From: an uncultured bacterium
GTDB taxonomy: Bacteria > Verrucomicrobiota > Kiritimatiellia > RFP12 > UBA1067
Assembly: GCA_902780865.1 (NCBI GenBank)
Contig: CACZHC010000010.1
Span: 1-57,864 of the forward strand
Reading direction: 5' to 3'
Length of the DNA stretch: 57,864 nt
Of this stretch, positions 1 through 9,975 are shown piece by piece. A program made the translations under genes and the position numbers. The notes beneath the pieces are model-generated. The model did no database searches. It was not told where the DNA came from and saw nothing but the letters and a program-made list of their open reading frames with translations. Position 1 is the stretch's first letter. Every line of letters begins with the position of its first letter.

Positions 1-151
1 TATACGCCGAGTGGGGCGAAGGACGCCGGAATCGGCCGCTCTCGCAAGGCGAGCACGGTTGCCCGAAACAAAGCCGCACACTGGAAGGCAAACCAGCACA
101 GGACAGCCACGGGCACCATCGCAGTGCTCGCAGCCATGCCATGCGACAATA

Positions 152-160
152 TGGTATAAT
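152..160 (+). promoter_or_regulatory. extended -10 promoter (TGGTATAAT), 7 nt upstream of the aconitase ATG; probable leaderless transcript
   Basis: TGGTATAAT at 152-160, then ACGCGGC, then ATG at 168; no Shine-Dalgarno. Confidence 0.7.
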
Positions 161-167
161 ACGCGGC

Positions 168-2096
168 ATGAAAAAAGCGCAAAACGTTGTTGAGAAAATA
201 CTTTCTGCACATCTCGTCGAGGGCGATCCCGCGAAGGACCCCGAACTCGGCATCCGCATCGACCAGACGCTGACGCAGGACGCGACAGGCACAATGGCCT
301 ACCTCCAGTTCGAGTCGATGGACGTGCCGCACGTCAAAACCGACCTCTCGGTGAGCTACGTTGACCACAATACAGTCCAGATCGGATTCGAGAACGCCGA
401 CGACCACGATTTCCTCCAGTCAATCGCCAAGAAATACGGCATCGTCTACTCCAAGTGCGGCAACGGCATCTGCCACCAGCTCCACCTCGAGCGCTTCGGG
501 AAGCCCGGAACAACCCTCCTCGGCTCCGACTCCCACACCCCGACCGGCGGCGGTATTGGCCAGATCGCGATTGGCGCCGGCGGCATCGATATCGCCGTCG
601 CGATGGCCGGCGGCGCTTTCCACATCCCGACCCCCAAGGTCCGCGCAATCGTCCTCAAGGGCAAGCTCAAGAAAGGCGTCTCCGCCAAGGACGTCATCCT
701 CAAGGTTCTCGAGAAGTACGGCACCAAGGGCAACGTTGGCTGGATATTCGAGTACACCGGTCCCGGCGTCGCCACCCTCGATGTCCCCTCGCGCGCGACG
801 ATCACCAACATGGGCGCCGAACTCGGTGTCACTACGAGCGTCTTCCCGTCCGACCGCGTCACCAAGCAGTTCCTCGCCGCGCAGGGCCGCGCCAAGGACT
901 TCGTCGAGATCAAGGCCGACAAGGGCGCGAAGTACGACGACACGTTCGTAGTGGATCTCGCGAAGGTCGAGCCGATGATGGCCGCCCCGCACAGCCCCGG
1001 CAACGTCGTGACCGTAAAGTCGATGAAGGGCACGAAGGTAAACCAGATAATGATCGGCTCGTGCACCAACTCGTCCTACCGCGACATCAGGACCGTCGCC
1101 CTCTATCTCAAGGGCAAGCACGTCGCGGACGATGTCGAGGTCGGCATCGCGTGCGGTTCCCGCCAGGTCATCAACATGCTCGCCAAGGACGGATCGCTCG
1201 CGATTCTCCACTCGGCCGGCTGCCGTATGCTTGAGAACGCCTGCGGATTCTGCATCGGCGCGCACATGAGCCCAAGGACCGGCGCCGTGTCGCTTAGGAC
1301 GAACAACCGCAACTTCGAGGGCCGCTCGGGCACGAAGTCTGCGCAGGTCTATCTTGTCTCGCCCGAGACCGCCGCCGCCTCGGCGCTCACCGGCCGCGTC
1401 GAGCTCCCGACGAAGAAGCCGGTCGCCGCTGTGCCGAGCCCGAAGAAGTTCCCGATTGACGATTCCATGTTCCTCTATCGCGCAACCGCCGGAAAGGGCG
1501 TGAAGGGCGCTGAGATCGTGCGCGGGCCGAACATCGCGCAGGTTCCGAAGGGCGTGCCGCTCGCAAAGGATCTCTCGGCCGTCGCCGCGATCAAGGTCGG
1601 CGACAAGATCACGACCGACCACATCATGCCCGCGGGCGCGCGCCTCAAGTTCCGCTCGAACATCCCCGAGTACGCGAAGTTCGTCTTCGAGCCGTGCGAC
1701 CCCAAGTTCCACGACAAGTGCCTCGCTAACAAGGAGAAGGGCCTTGCCAATGTCATCGTCGCGGGCGAGAGCTACGGACAGGGCTCGAGCCGCGAACATG
1801 CGGCCCTTTGCCCCATGTATCTTGGCGTCAAGGCCGTGATCGCGAAGTCCATAGAGCGCATCCACCGCGCCAACCTCGTTAACTTCGGCATTGTGCCGTT
1901 CCTTTTCGAAAATCCGAAGGATTACGACAAGGTCGAGGCGGGCGACAAGCTCGAGCTCAAGGGCATCCGCGCGGCGGTTGAGGGCGATGGCGTTCTCGAG
2001 GTCAAGGGCCCGAAGGGGTCTTTCCGCGTCAAGGTGGCGCTTTCGGACCGCGAGAAGCATCTCCTCCTCTGCGGTGGTCTTCTTGCGAGCCTGTGA
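168..2096 (+). CDS. aconitate hydratase (small, Aquifex/TIGR01342-like aconitase family)
   Basis: Motifs QDATGTMA, YVDHN, GICHQ, GSDSHT, IGSCTNS, CGFCIG, NRNFEGR, ITTDHIMPAG, YGQGSSREHAA; start placed at ATG 168 (MKKAQN) after the -10 box. Confidence 0.9.
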   Translation: MKKAQNVVEKILSAHLVEGDPAKDPELGIRIDQTLTQDATGTMAYLQFESMDVPHVKTDLSVSYVDHNTVQIGFENADDHDFLQSIAKKYGIVYSKCGNGICHQLHLERFGKPGTTLLGSDSHTPTGGGIGQIAIGAGGIDIAVAMAGGAFHIPTPKVRAIVLKGKLKKGVSAKDVILKVLEKYGTKGNVGWIFEYTGPGVATLDVPSRATITNMGAELGVTTSVFPSDRVTKQFLAAQGRAKDFVEIKADKGAKYDDTFVVDLAKVEPMMAAPHSPGNVVTVKSMKGTKVNQIMIGSCTNSSYRDIRTVALYLKGKHVADDVEVGIACGSRQVINMLAKDGSLAILHSAGCRMLENACGFCIGAHMSPRTGAVSLRTNNRNFEGRSGTKSAQVYLVSPETAAASALTGRVELPTKKPVAAVPSPKKFPIDDSMFLYRATAGKGVKGAEIVRGPNIAQVPKGVPLAKDLSAVAAIKVGDKITTDHIMPAGARLKFRSNIPEYAKFVFEPCDPKFHDKCLANKEKGLANVIVAGESYGQGSSREHAALCPMYLGVKAVIAKSIERIHRANLVNFGIVPFLFENPKDYDKVEAGDKLELKGIRAAVEGDGVLEVKGPKGSFRVKVALSDREKHLLLCGGLLASL

Positions 2097-2118
2097 AAAA
2101 TTTAGTATAATTTCCGCC

Positions 2119-2946
2119 ATGAGAAACATTATCTTTGCAGTTGCCGTCGCTTGCGTGGCGGCTGGGTGTGCTACGAAACAGGTCGAACGGACCAGCGTCC
2201 GCTTCCTGCACTGGAGCGTCAGCCATTTCAGCGATGGAACCTATTCTGTTGCCTCGATTCCCGAATCCGAGGGGGAGAAGATGGCGGCCAAGTACGTCAA
2301 GTTCCTCGATTCCGTCGATGCCGACATCGTGGGCATTACGGAATACAACGAGAACTTCACCACGAACGGCTCCATGAAGGCGTCTACCGCGCTCTTCAAG
2401 GGGTACGAGAAGTCCGTCGGCCCGGCGAAGGGCGACGTCTGCAACGCCATCTTCTACAAGTCCGCCAAGGCCTCGAAGATCGAAGAGAAGGACGTTTTCT
2501 TCGAGCGCCACTTCGAGGACACGTACTACAGGGCCGTCAAACTCAACATCTCGGGCGTGCCTGTCTGGTTCGTGCAGACGCATCTTGACAGCAACACTTA
2601 CCTGGCTGGTCACCGCAAGGACCGCGCGGAGCAGATGAAGAAGCTTATCGAGGACTTTCGCGACATGCCGCATGTCGTCATCGCCGGCGATTTCCGCGTG
2701 GGCGTGCGTATCCCCGGCAAGCCGTGCTTTCCGGCTCCCGAGGAATACAAGGTGTTTGAAGATGCCGGGTTTGAGCTAGTCAACCTGTTTGGCACCGGCA
2801 CGTATCCAGTCGAGAGCCCCCTCCAGCCGCTTGACAACATACTGCTCAAGGGCGTGGGTGTTTCCGAGGTCAGGTTCATCGAGGCTGATCGCCTGAGCGA
2901 CCATCTTGCGATATCCTGCAAGCTGTCAATATACGACGGGGAATGA
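2119..2946 (+). CDS. endonuclease/exonuclease/phosphatase (EEP) family lipoprotein
   Basis: Lipobox VAAG-C; motifs DADIVGITEY, THLD, IAGDF, LDNI, SDH; TATAAT at 2106-2111 lies 7 nt before ATG 2119, so the ORF-track start at 1891 is an over-extension. Confidence 0.75.
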   Translation: MRNIIFAVAVACVAAGCATKQVERTSVRFLHWSVSHFSDGTYSVASIPESEGEKMAAKYVKFLDSVDADIVGITEYNENFTTNGSMKASTALFKGYEKSVGPAKGDVCNAIFYKSAKASKIEEKDVFFERHFEDTYYRAVKLNISGVPVWFVQTHLDSNTYLAGHRKDRAEQMKKLIEDFRDMPHVVIAGDFRVGVRIPGKPCFPAPEEYKVFEDAGFELVNLFGTGTYPVESPLQPLDNILLKGVGVSEVRFIEADRLSDHLAISCKLSIYDGE

Positions 2947-3803
2947 CGGTACGGTCCGAGAATAAGCTTTCCCTTTGTGCAGTCGCGGCGCTTTGCTGCC
3001 TTGCGGCCGTCGCCGAGCGCCAGCCGATCGACAGATACCAGTCGATCATAGACCGCCAGATGTTCGGCCAGCCGCCGCCGAACTTCGACCCGACCATTCC
3101 TCCGAACCTGGTTCAGAAAGGGAGCGGCAGCGATGAAACGGTGTTGACGGACGAGCAGAAGGCGGTGAAGAGCGCGATACATTTCAGCGCGATAAACGTA
3201 ACTCCTGCAGGCGATGTCGCCGTCGGTTTTACGGACAACTCCGACAGCAAGTTGCCTGTCCACTATTACCTTAAGGTCGGGGAGGAGCGCAATGGCTGGA
3301 AAGTCCTCGAGGCCGACCCAGTGAAGGCGACGATGAAGGTCGCGAAGGGCGATGTCGAAGTAGAACTTGACCTTGGCGCAAATTCCGGGAAAGGTGGCGG
3401 CTCGACCTCCCGCATCGGTGCGATGTCCGCCGGCAACATTGGCGCTGGTCGCCGCATGGGGCTTTTGGGGGGCGCCAGACGTCTTTCTGGCGATGGGGAC
3501 AATTCGAGGCCTGGGCTGATGGGATCCTCGCTTCGCGAGCGTCGTGCCTTGAGAGAACAGGCCCGACAGGAGGAGCTGGCAAAGGAGAAGGAGATTGAGG
3601 CCAAGCGCCAGGCCGAGGCTGCGGAGAAAGAGGCGGAGAAGGAGAAGGAGCGGGAAGCCCAGCGACAGGCCGATCGAGAGGAGCAGCGACGCGAGCTGCA
3701 GTTGCTGAAGGATGAACTAAAGGCGCAGCGTGAAGCCGCTGAACGAGCACGGGCAGAAAAAGAGGCTGCCCGCCAGAACGAAGATGCAGAAGACGAAAAT
3801 TGA
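2943..3803 (+). CDS. exported hypothetical protein with C-terminal charged coiled coil (possibly GspC-like)
   Basis: Signal-like N-terminus, RYQSIIDRQMFG, beta-rich core ending YYLKVGEERNGWKVLEAD, long E/R/K/A helix; ATGA overlap with the upstream gene; GspC-like role is inference. Confidence 0.6.
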   Translation: MTVRSENKLSLCAVAALCCLAAVAERQPIDRYQSIIDRQMFGQPPPNFDPTIPPNLVQKGSGSDETVLTDEQKAVKSAIHFSAINVTPAGDVAVGFTDNSDSKLPVHYYLKVGEERNGWKVLEADPVKATMKVAKGDVEVELDLGANSGKGGGSTSRIGAMSAGNIGAGRRMGLLGGARRLSGDGDNSRPGLMGSSLRERRALREQARQEELAKEKEIEAKRQAEAAEKEAEKEKEREAQRQADREEQRRELQLLKDELKAQREAAERARAEKEAARQNEDAEDEN

Positions 3804-4623
3804 GCAGTTCTATGCCTCGCTCTGTTCCACGGGGGCTTATTCCACTCCTCCTGAGCGTCGCAGGAAAAAACGCGTACGTCCGTCCGCCTGGAATACATTC
3901 CGCTACACGATTGGCGTCACCAAGGTTTTCCCCTATTGCGCGTTGACCGAGCCGTTCGGCCTCTTGACGACCGAGAAATGGGCCAAGGTATGCTTCTCTT
4001 CCGTTACGACCGCAGAGAAGCTTGGGATCAACGTGATTATCGAGGGCTTTGACGCCCGTCAGAAGCATGATGGCCCGGTAGTCTATCTCTGTAACCACAT
4101 GTCGACGACAGAGACGATTCTTCTTATGCCAACGCTTTTTGCGTTTGGGCCGTTCAGCTACGTCGCCAAGGCCTCGCTTGCGCACCTTCCGTTTCTCGAG
4201 AAAGCGGCCGAGCACATGCACATGGTCCCCGTCGGACGCAAGTCGCCGCGAGAGGACCTTATGACCGTCCTCAATGTCGGCACGGAGCGCATCAAGGGCG
4301 GCGAGAGTTTTCTGATCTTTCCCCAAGGGACGCGCCAGGAGGTTTTCAGCCGCAAGGTCTATTCTTCGATTGGCGCGAAGCTCGCGGAGAAGGCGGGCTG
4401 CCCCGTCGTTCCGATCGTCGTCGACACTCGCTGCCAGCTTACGCGCGAGAAGGGGATTTTCCGCAAGGTTTTCAAGGACTTCGGTCCTCTTGACCCGTCG
4501 CACGACATCCGCGTCGCATGCGGCCCTGTCATCCCGAACGCGAAGTCGCGCGTGATGCACGAGGCCGCGTTTGACTGGATGGCGTCCAAGCTCGACGAAT
4601 GGGGTCTCCCGACCGAGCGCTGA
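3784..4623 (+). CDS. plsC: 1-acyl-sn-glycerol-3-phosphate acyltransferase (lysophospholipid acyltransferase family)
   Basis: NHMS..E, YVAKASL, FPQGTR, PVVPI motifs; ATG 3784 overlaps the upstream gene end. Confidence 0.8.
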   Translation: MQKTKIEQFYASLCSTGAYSTPPERRRKKRVRPSAWNTFRYTIGVTKVFPYCALTEPFGLLTTEKWAKVCFSSVTTAEKLGINVIIEGFDARQKHDGPVVYLCNHMSTTETILLMPTLFAFGPFSYVAKASLAHLPFLEKAAEHMHMVPVGRKSPREDLMTVLNVGTERIKGGESFLIFPQGTRQEVFSRKVYSSIGAKLAEKAGCPVVPIVVDTRCQLTREKGIFRKVFKDFGPLDPSHDIRVACGPVIPNAKSRVMHEAAFDWMASKLDEWGLPTER

Positions 4624-4670
4624 CTTGCGGCATGGACTGTCGGCGCGTCTTCATATAGGAGGGCTATGAC

Positions 4671-7286
4671 ATGAAAAAAACTTTGCCTGTGGCTATTATT
4701 GCGGTCATGGCAATGATGGCGCCGGGAACGCTCGTCGCGAACGGCGTCGCGCTATCACCCGACAGGTTGGAGCAACTCTTCGACGCGCCTCCGCAGTCGT
4801 GTGGCGCGAACGCATGGTGGCACTGGCAGGGAGCGAACGTCACGAAGTCGGGGATAACCCGTGACCTCGAGGCGATGAAGGACGCAGGCCTTTCGGGCGC
4901 GACGATCTTCAACATCCAGGACGTCGGCTGGCATTGCGAGGAACGGATGTCCACGCCGCTTTGCCCAGGCATGGAGTACATGAACGACAAGTGGTGGGAC
5001 ATGGTCTCGTTCGCCGTTTCCGAGGCGAAGCGGCTCGGCCTCGAACTCGGCATCCACAACTGCCCGGGCTACTCGACTTCAGGCGGGCCGTGGATCACCC
5101 CCGAACTTGGCATGAAGAAGCTCGTCTGGGCGAAGGGCGACCTTGAGCCCGAGACGAAGCTCGGCTTCTACCGCGACATCGCGCGGGTCAAGACGAAGGA
5201 CGGCGTCTACCGCTTTGGCTACACGTGCACTGGCAAGAACACTCATCCATCGCCGCCAGAGGTCGAGGCGGGCTCGCTCGAAGCCGACAAGATGAGCGCA
5301 AAGGCCGTTGGCGTTCACATCGACAACCTTCTCAACGGGCTCGCCGCCCACGGGCTCGCCGCGTCCAATCCCGGGCTCGCCTTTATCCTGATGGACAGCT
5401 ACGAGGCGGGCGACGCAAATTGGACTGACGACTTCGCGCAGGAGTTCACGAAGCGCCGCGGATACGACCCTGTGCCGTTTCTGCCTGTGATCGCCAATCT
5501 CGGCACCGATTTCGGCCCGGAGCGCGAAGAGCAGTTCCGCCGCGACTTCACCCGCACGAAGAACGAGCTGCAGACTGAACGCCACTACCGGCTTTTCAAG
5601 GAGCGGCTCAATGCGGCAGGTTTCGCGTTCCATCTTGAGCCGTATTCGGGACCTTTCGACTCGATCGAGGCGACGCAGTTCTGCGACGTGCCGATGACAG
5701 AGTTCTGGGTTGGAACTCCGTTCTGGGCGAAGAAACCGTCGAATGGCGGCGCATGCTGGTTCGCAGGCCCCGTTTCCCGCGCCCTCGGCCGCAACATCAC
5801 CGGTGCGGAGTCCTTTACTGGCTATCCGATCGACGATCCTTTCGCGATTACGCCGCGCGACTTGAAAATCCCGCTCGACGCGACGCTCGCGCGCGGCGTG
5901 AACCGACTTTCGCTTCACCATTGGGAGCATCAGCCGCTCGGCGCGAACGCGCGTCCCGGCTACTCGATGGGGCCATGGGGAACGCACTTTGGCGAGAACC
6001 AGACTTGGCACGAGCCCGCGAAGGGCTTCTACCGCTACATTCAGCGTTGCCAGGCGCTTCTCCAGGAAGGCGAGATGCGCTGCGACGCGCTGGGGCTCGC
6101 GTCGTTCGACGAGGACGGTACCGACGCGCTGCCGCTCAGCAACTTCCTTACGAACACCGAGGTGACGGCAAGCGGGAAACTTCGCGTCAAGTCGTCGGGA
6201 CGCGAATACTCGCTTCTTTTTCTCGAGCGCGGCGCAGAGAAGCGTTTCGCAGACAACACGTCATGGGATGGCGTAGAGAAAAAGTGCTTCGATCTCGTGC
6301 GCGACTACGAGAAGAAGGGGCTAAAGGTCGGTCCCGCCTCGAAGCGTACGAAGTACTTTGAAATCGTTGAAGGCGACCGCGAAGGTGTAATGGCATCATG
6401 CCGCAAATCTGGCGACGCGGCGTTCTTCTTCGTCGCAAACACGACTGACAAGCCGAAGAAATTCACGGCGAACTTCCGCCAGATTGAAGGGCGCGACTTC
6501 CAGCCGGAGATCTGGAATCCCGAAACAGGCGACAAACGGTGCATCGGCTACTGGCGGACGAAGGACGGCGTGACGCCGGTCGAGCTCGAACTCTCTGCGG
6601 AGGGAAGCGTATTCGTCGTCTTCCGCAAAGAGGGCACGCGGTTCTGCCGGCGGATGCCGTTCCTCGTCGAGACCGTCCACGACGTGAAAGGGCCGTGGAC
6701 GCTTCGCTTCGATGCGGGCGGCGGTGCGCCTGAGGGCGTGCAGACTCTTCCCGCGCTCAAGTCGTGGACTGATTTTGCCGAACCTGGAATTCGCTACTAC
6801 TCCGGAACGGCTACTTACGAGACGACGCTCGACATTCCAGAAGGTCGCGAGTATGCGCTTGATCTCGGCGATGTGCGCGACGTGGCGGAGGTGTTTCTTG
6901 ACGGAGAGCGCATTGGCGCTCTTTGGCATGCGCCGTATCGCATCGAGTTTCCGCGTTCGGTCAAGCCAGGCCGCCATGCGCTCAAGGTGCGCGTGACGAA
7001 CGCCTGGACGAACCGTCTCATCGGCGACGAGAAGGAGCCGGACGACTGTGTCCTCTCGAAGAAGATGCTTGGCTTTGGAGTGCAGATGGTCCAGAGCGAG
7101 GGCAGGAAGCGCGACATTCCGCATGGCCGTGCCGTGATCGCCATTCCAGAGGAAATACGCGCTAACAAGCCGCGCAAGGTTGCGCGATATGCGTTCAGCT
7201 CGTGGCGCTACATACTCTCCGACAATGACCTTCGCCCGGCCGGGATTGTCGGTGACGTCAATTTGATCGTAAGGCAGGCAAGGTAG
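4671..7286 (+). CDS. glycoside hydrolase family 106 (alpha-L-rhamnosidase-like), secreted
   Basis: Signal peptide; WWHWQGANVTKSGITRDLEAMK, GYSTSGGPWITPE, DSYE, DVPMTEFW, GAESFT, C-terminal YYSGTATY...LDLGDVRDVAEV...VTNAWTNRLIGD; SD AGGAGG upstream. Confidence 0.85.
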   Translation: MKKTLPVAIIAVMAMMAPGTLVANGVALSPDRLEQLFDAPPQSCGANAWWHWQGANVTKSGITRDLEAMKDAGLSGATIFNIQDVGWHCEERMSTPLCPGMEYMNDKWWDMVSFAVSEAKRLGLELGIHNCPGYSTSGGPWITPELGMKKLVWAKGDLEPETKLGFYRDIARVKTKDGVYRFGYTCTGKNTHPSPPEVEAGSLEADKMSAKAVGVHIDNLLNGLAAHGLAASNPGLAFILMDSYEAGDANWTDDFAQEFTKRRGYDPVPFLPVIANLGTDFGPEREEQFRRDFTRTKNELQTERHYRLFKERLNAAGFAFHLEPYSGPFDSIEATQFCDVPMTEFWVGTPFWAKKPSNGGACWFAGPVSRALGRNITGAESFTGYPIDDPFAITPRDLKIPLDATLARGVNRLSLHHWEHQPLGANARPGYSMGPWGTHFGENQTWHEPAKGFYRYIQRCQALLQEGEMRCDALGLASFDEDGTDALPLSNFLTNTEVTASGKLRVKSSGREYSLLFLERGAEKRFADNTSWDGVEKKCFDLVRDYEKKGLKVGPASKRTKYFEIVEGDREGVMASCRKSGDAAFFFVANTTDKPKKFTANFRQIEGRDFQPEIWNPETGDKRCIGYWRTKDGVTPVELELSAEGSVFVVFRKEGTRFCRRMPFLVETVHDVKGPWTLRFDAGGGAPEGVQTLPALKSWTDFAEPGIRYYSGTATYETTLDIPEGREYALDLGDVRDVAEVFLDGERIGALWHAPYRIEFPRSVKPGRHALKVRVTNAWTNRLIGDEKEPDDCVLSKKMLGFGVQMVQSEGRKRDIPHGRAVIAIPEEIRANKPRKVARYAFSSWRYILSDNDLRPAGIVGDVNLIVRQAR

Positions 7287-7316
7287 ACTGCCACAACAAC
7301 CAACAGGGGGTGCGAT

Positions 7317-9764
7317 ATGTCCACAAGAAGATGCTCTAATGTACATGTAGGTGCGTTTGCACTGTTTTGCTCAGTGGTGCCTGTTGCCTGTCTTTCGGCA
7401 AGCGCGGCGGAATTCAGGGTCACTGCGCTTACGCCTGAATACATACTCGTTCAGGGCGACTGCTCGGCGGACGAAAACGCCGCGTTTTTCGCGGACCCTC
7501 GCTTCGAGGAGTCGAAGAGCGCCGGCGCGGACTGGCAGATAAGGCGCAAGCGTGTCGCCCTGCACGAAGACATCGTGAAAAAGGTTCGCGAACCGTTTGC
7601 GGAGAAGCTTAAGGCGATACAGGGCGTAGTCTCGTATTGGCCCGAGGCGAACGGCATGAAGCACTACGTAGCCCCAGACGGCGACCACTTCAACCTGACG
7701 GCTGGCGAAGTGATCCACAACGTCTTCGTAAAAGTCGCGCCTATGAAGAAGGGCGACAGCGTAGACCTCGGGGTGGCGGGCAAGTTTACCTACGACCCCG
7801 GCGTGCCGTCTCCCGTTTTCAAGGTCAACCAAGTTGGCTATGCGCCGAACGCGCGCAAGTACGCCTATGTCGGCGCATGGCTTGGAACGGCAGGCCCCTT
7901 GCCGCTTGCCGCGTTCGACGGGAAGACGTTTGCAGTCGTCGACGCAAAGAGCGGTGTGAAGGTCCTTGAGGGGAAGCTCGCGCCGCGTGTAGCCGATCCG
8001 GTAAACAAGGACGGCACGCCTTTCACGGGCGAGGAGACGCTTGAGGCAGATCTGACGCCGATCGAAAAGGAAGGACGCTACTATCTTTCAGTCGACGGAA
8101 TCGGCCGCTCGATGGAGTTCTCCGTGTCGCGCGACGCGATTGTCGAGGCGTGGGGACACCACATGCTTGGGCTTTTCAACAAGCGCTGCGGGATCGAGAA
8201 GAAGCCGCCCTACACACAGTGGACTTGCCCCGCCTGCCACCTTGACGTGATCCGCGGCGTCCAGCCGCCGGACGAGTGGCAGTACGACAAGTACGTCGTT
8301 CCCGCGGACGGCCAGCCAATCGTCGGCAAAGACGGGAAGCCCTTCAAGTTCAAGCACTTCAACGTGATTACTTCGAGCCGCGGGATGTGCGCGACTAACG
8401 AACATCTTTCGCTCCCTGGCGGATACCACGATGCCGCCGACTACGACCGCCGCCCGATGCATCTGCAGATTCCGCGTTCGCTCGCGCTTGACTATCTGCT
8501 GAAACCTGGTAATTTCACCGACGGACAGCTCTGCATCCCCGAATCTGGCAACGGAATCCCCGACATCCTCGACGAAGCGATGTGGGGCATAAAGCACCTT
8601 CTTGCCGCGCAGCAGAAGGACGGTGGCGTCGGCACGTGGATCGAGACGACTGGGCATCCAGGCGGCGAGCATGCAGCGCCTCAGCATGAGGGGCTTCAGT
8701 ACTACCTTTCGATTCCAACGCACAATTCGTGCTACGACTTTGCTGGAACTGTCGCGGTTGTCGCGCGTGCTTTCAAGGCGGCAGGGCAGAAGAAGACATC
8801 AGACATGCTTCTCGATCGTGCGATAAAGGCGTGGAAATGGGCCGAGACGCACGGTCCTGTCGTGCAGCAGATGAAAGGGTGCACAACCACCAAGTGGAAA
8901 ACTGGGCCGTGGGTCGATCTCGTCTACCGCGAGCCGGAGAATTGGTCGCCACGCTATATGCTGACTGCGGCGCTGAACCTCTCCGCGCTTACAGGCGACA
9001 TGCAGTATTTCAATTCGGTTGAAAAGCGCAAGGACGATCTCCAGAAGGAAATCAACAAGTCGAGCTGGGGCTGGAGCGCATACACGTTCCTCGAGTTCGC
9101 CTTGAAGGACCAGCGCATTCCCGACGAACTTGAGCAGATAAAGAAAGACTGGATCCGCCGCCGTGTCAACACTGCGAAAGAGTATCTCGACGAGCTCGAG
9201 AATGCCTATCCATACCGCACGCCATGGTTTTCTGCAAAGCACGGATTTGTCCACACGATGAGCTGGGGGAACAGCCATCCGCTCCGCCGCGCCGAGAGCT
9301 TTGTCGCCGCACATGCGCTCACTGGCGACCCGACGTATCTCGCGGGCGTCTACCTCGCCAACGACTTCCACAATGGGTGCAATCCGCGCGGCGAGTCGCT
9401 GACGAGCGGAATGGGCGTTGTTTATCCGGCGCGATTCCTTGACCTCCAGAGTATGGACGACGAGATCGCCGAATACGTCGGCGGCATAACGCCCTACAGG
9501 TGGACATATGGCGTAGCGCCAGACGCGAAGAAGTACGTATACGGAAACGACGCCGTGAAGTACTGGCCGATCTGGCGTCGCTTTGCGAATATCGAGAGCT
9601 ATTCCGTCGCGGCGAGCGAATACACCGTCTGGGAGACGATACTCCCGCCCGCGGCCGTTCTTGGCTACATGCTCGACGGACCGCGCAAAGTCCCAGCGGC
9701 TGTCTACTCGCGCAAGCCCGCCGGAAAAATATCAGACCTTCCCGGCTACTGGGTCAAACCGTGA
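7317..9764 (+). CDS. glycoside hydrolase family 9 with N-terminal Ig-like (CelD_N) domain, secreted
   Basis: KVNQVGYAP (CelD_N), GGYHDAADY (DAGD-like), IPESGNGIPDILDEAMWG, GCNPRGESLTSGMG, EYTVWE. Confidence 0.8.
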   Translation: MSTRRCSNVHVGAFALFCSVVPVACLSASAAEFRVTALTPEYILVQGDCSADENAAFFADPRFEESKSAGADWQIRRKRVALHEDIVKKVREPFAEKLKAIQGVVSYWPEANGMKHYVAPDGDHFNLTAGEVIHNVFVKVAPMKKGDSVDLGVAGKFTYDPGVPSPVFKVNQVGYAPNARKYAYVGAWLGTAGPLPLAAFDGKTFAVVDAKSGVKVLEGKLAPRVADPVNKDGTPFTGEETLEADLTPIEKEGRYYLSVDGIGRSMEFSVSRDAIVEAWGHHMLGLFNKRCGIEKKPPYTQWTCPACHLDVIRGVQPPDEWQYDKYVVPADGQPIVGKDGKPFKFKHFNVITSSRGMCATNEHLSLPGGYHDAADYDRRPMHLQIPRSLALDYLLKPGNFTDGQLCIPESGNGIPDILDEAMWGIKHLLAAQQKDGGVGTWIETTGHPGGEHAAPQHEGLQYYLSIPTHNSCYDFAGTVAVVARAFKAAGQKKTSDMLLDRAIKAWKWAETHGPVVQQMKGCTTTKWKTGPWVDLVYREPENWSPRYMLTAALNLSALTGDMQYFNSVEKRKDDLQKEINKSSWGWSAYTFLEFALKDQRIPDELEQIKKDWIRRRVNTAKEYLDELENAYPYRTPWFSAKHGFVHTMSWGNSHPLRRAESFVAAHALTGDPTYLAGVYLANDFHNGCNPRGESLTSGMGVVYPARFLDLQSMDDEIAEYVGGITPYRWTYGVAPDAKKYVYGNDAVKYWPIWRRFANIESYSVAASEYTVWETILPPAAVLGYMLDGPRKVPAAVYSRKPAGKISDLPGYWVKP

Positions 9765-9803
9765 AGTCGCGCAAACGCGCGTCAGTTTGGTATAATATGC
9801 GGC

Positions 9804-9925
9804 TAACCGCCCTCAAGTCCGAGATCGACGCCGCCAAGGCCAAGGCCCCCGAGTCCGTCAAGGGCGACTTGCAGGCCATTGACGACCAGGTCGTCCGTGT
9901 CCTCGAGAATATCAAGAAAGACTGA
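9804..9925 (+). pseudogene. 3' remnant of a gene (…TALKSEIDAAKAKAPESVKGDLQAIDDQVVRVLENIKKD*) directly behind a promoter
   Basis: Host-type codon usage and a stop at 9923-9925; the only ATG (9797) abuts TATAAT (9791-9796) and would lie upstream of the expected transcription start. Confidence 0.5.
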
Positions 9926-9975
9926 TTCTGAAGGGCCGTTCGGGAGGACGCTCTTCCAAGAGAAAGGTTTATTGT

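Noticed and set aside
1-150. tRNA or ncRNA at the window start (GCTCTCGCAAGGCGAGC hairpin; 60-aa ORF 11-193)
   Set aside because: No cloverleaf or T-loop; upstream context is missing and the ORF overlaps the aconitase promoter
1891-2118. ORF-track upstream extensions (1891, 10314, 28071, 32907, 33362, 36219, 40098, 41644, 42471, 44075, 46246, 51514)
   Set aside because: They overlap neighbouring genes or promoters; signal peptides, prepilin motifs, SD sites and -10 boxes point to the downstream starts used here
420-2129. Long antisense ORFs (e.g. 420-2129, 28137-29960, 34462-35751, 47123-48271)
   Set aside because: Shadows of GC-rich sense genes with strong codon bias; no motifs or expression signals
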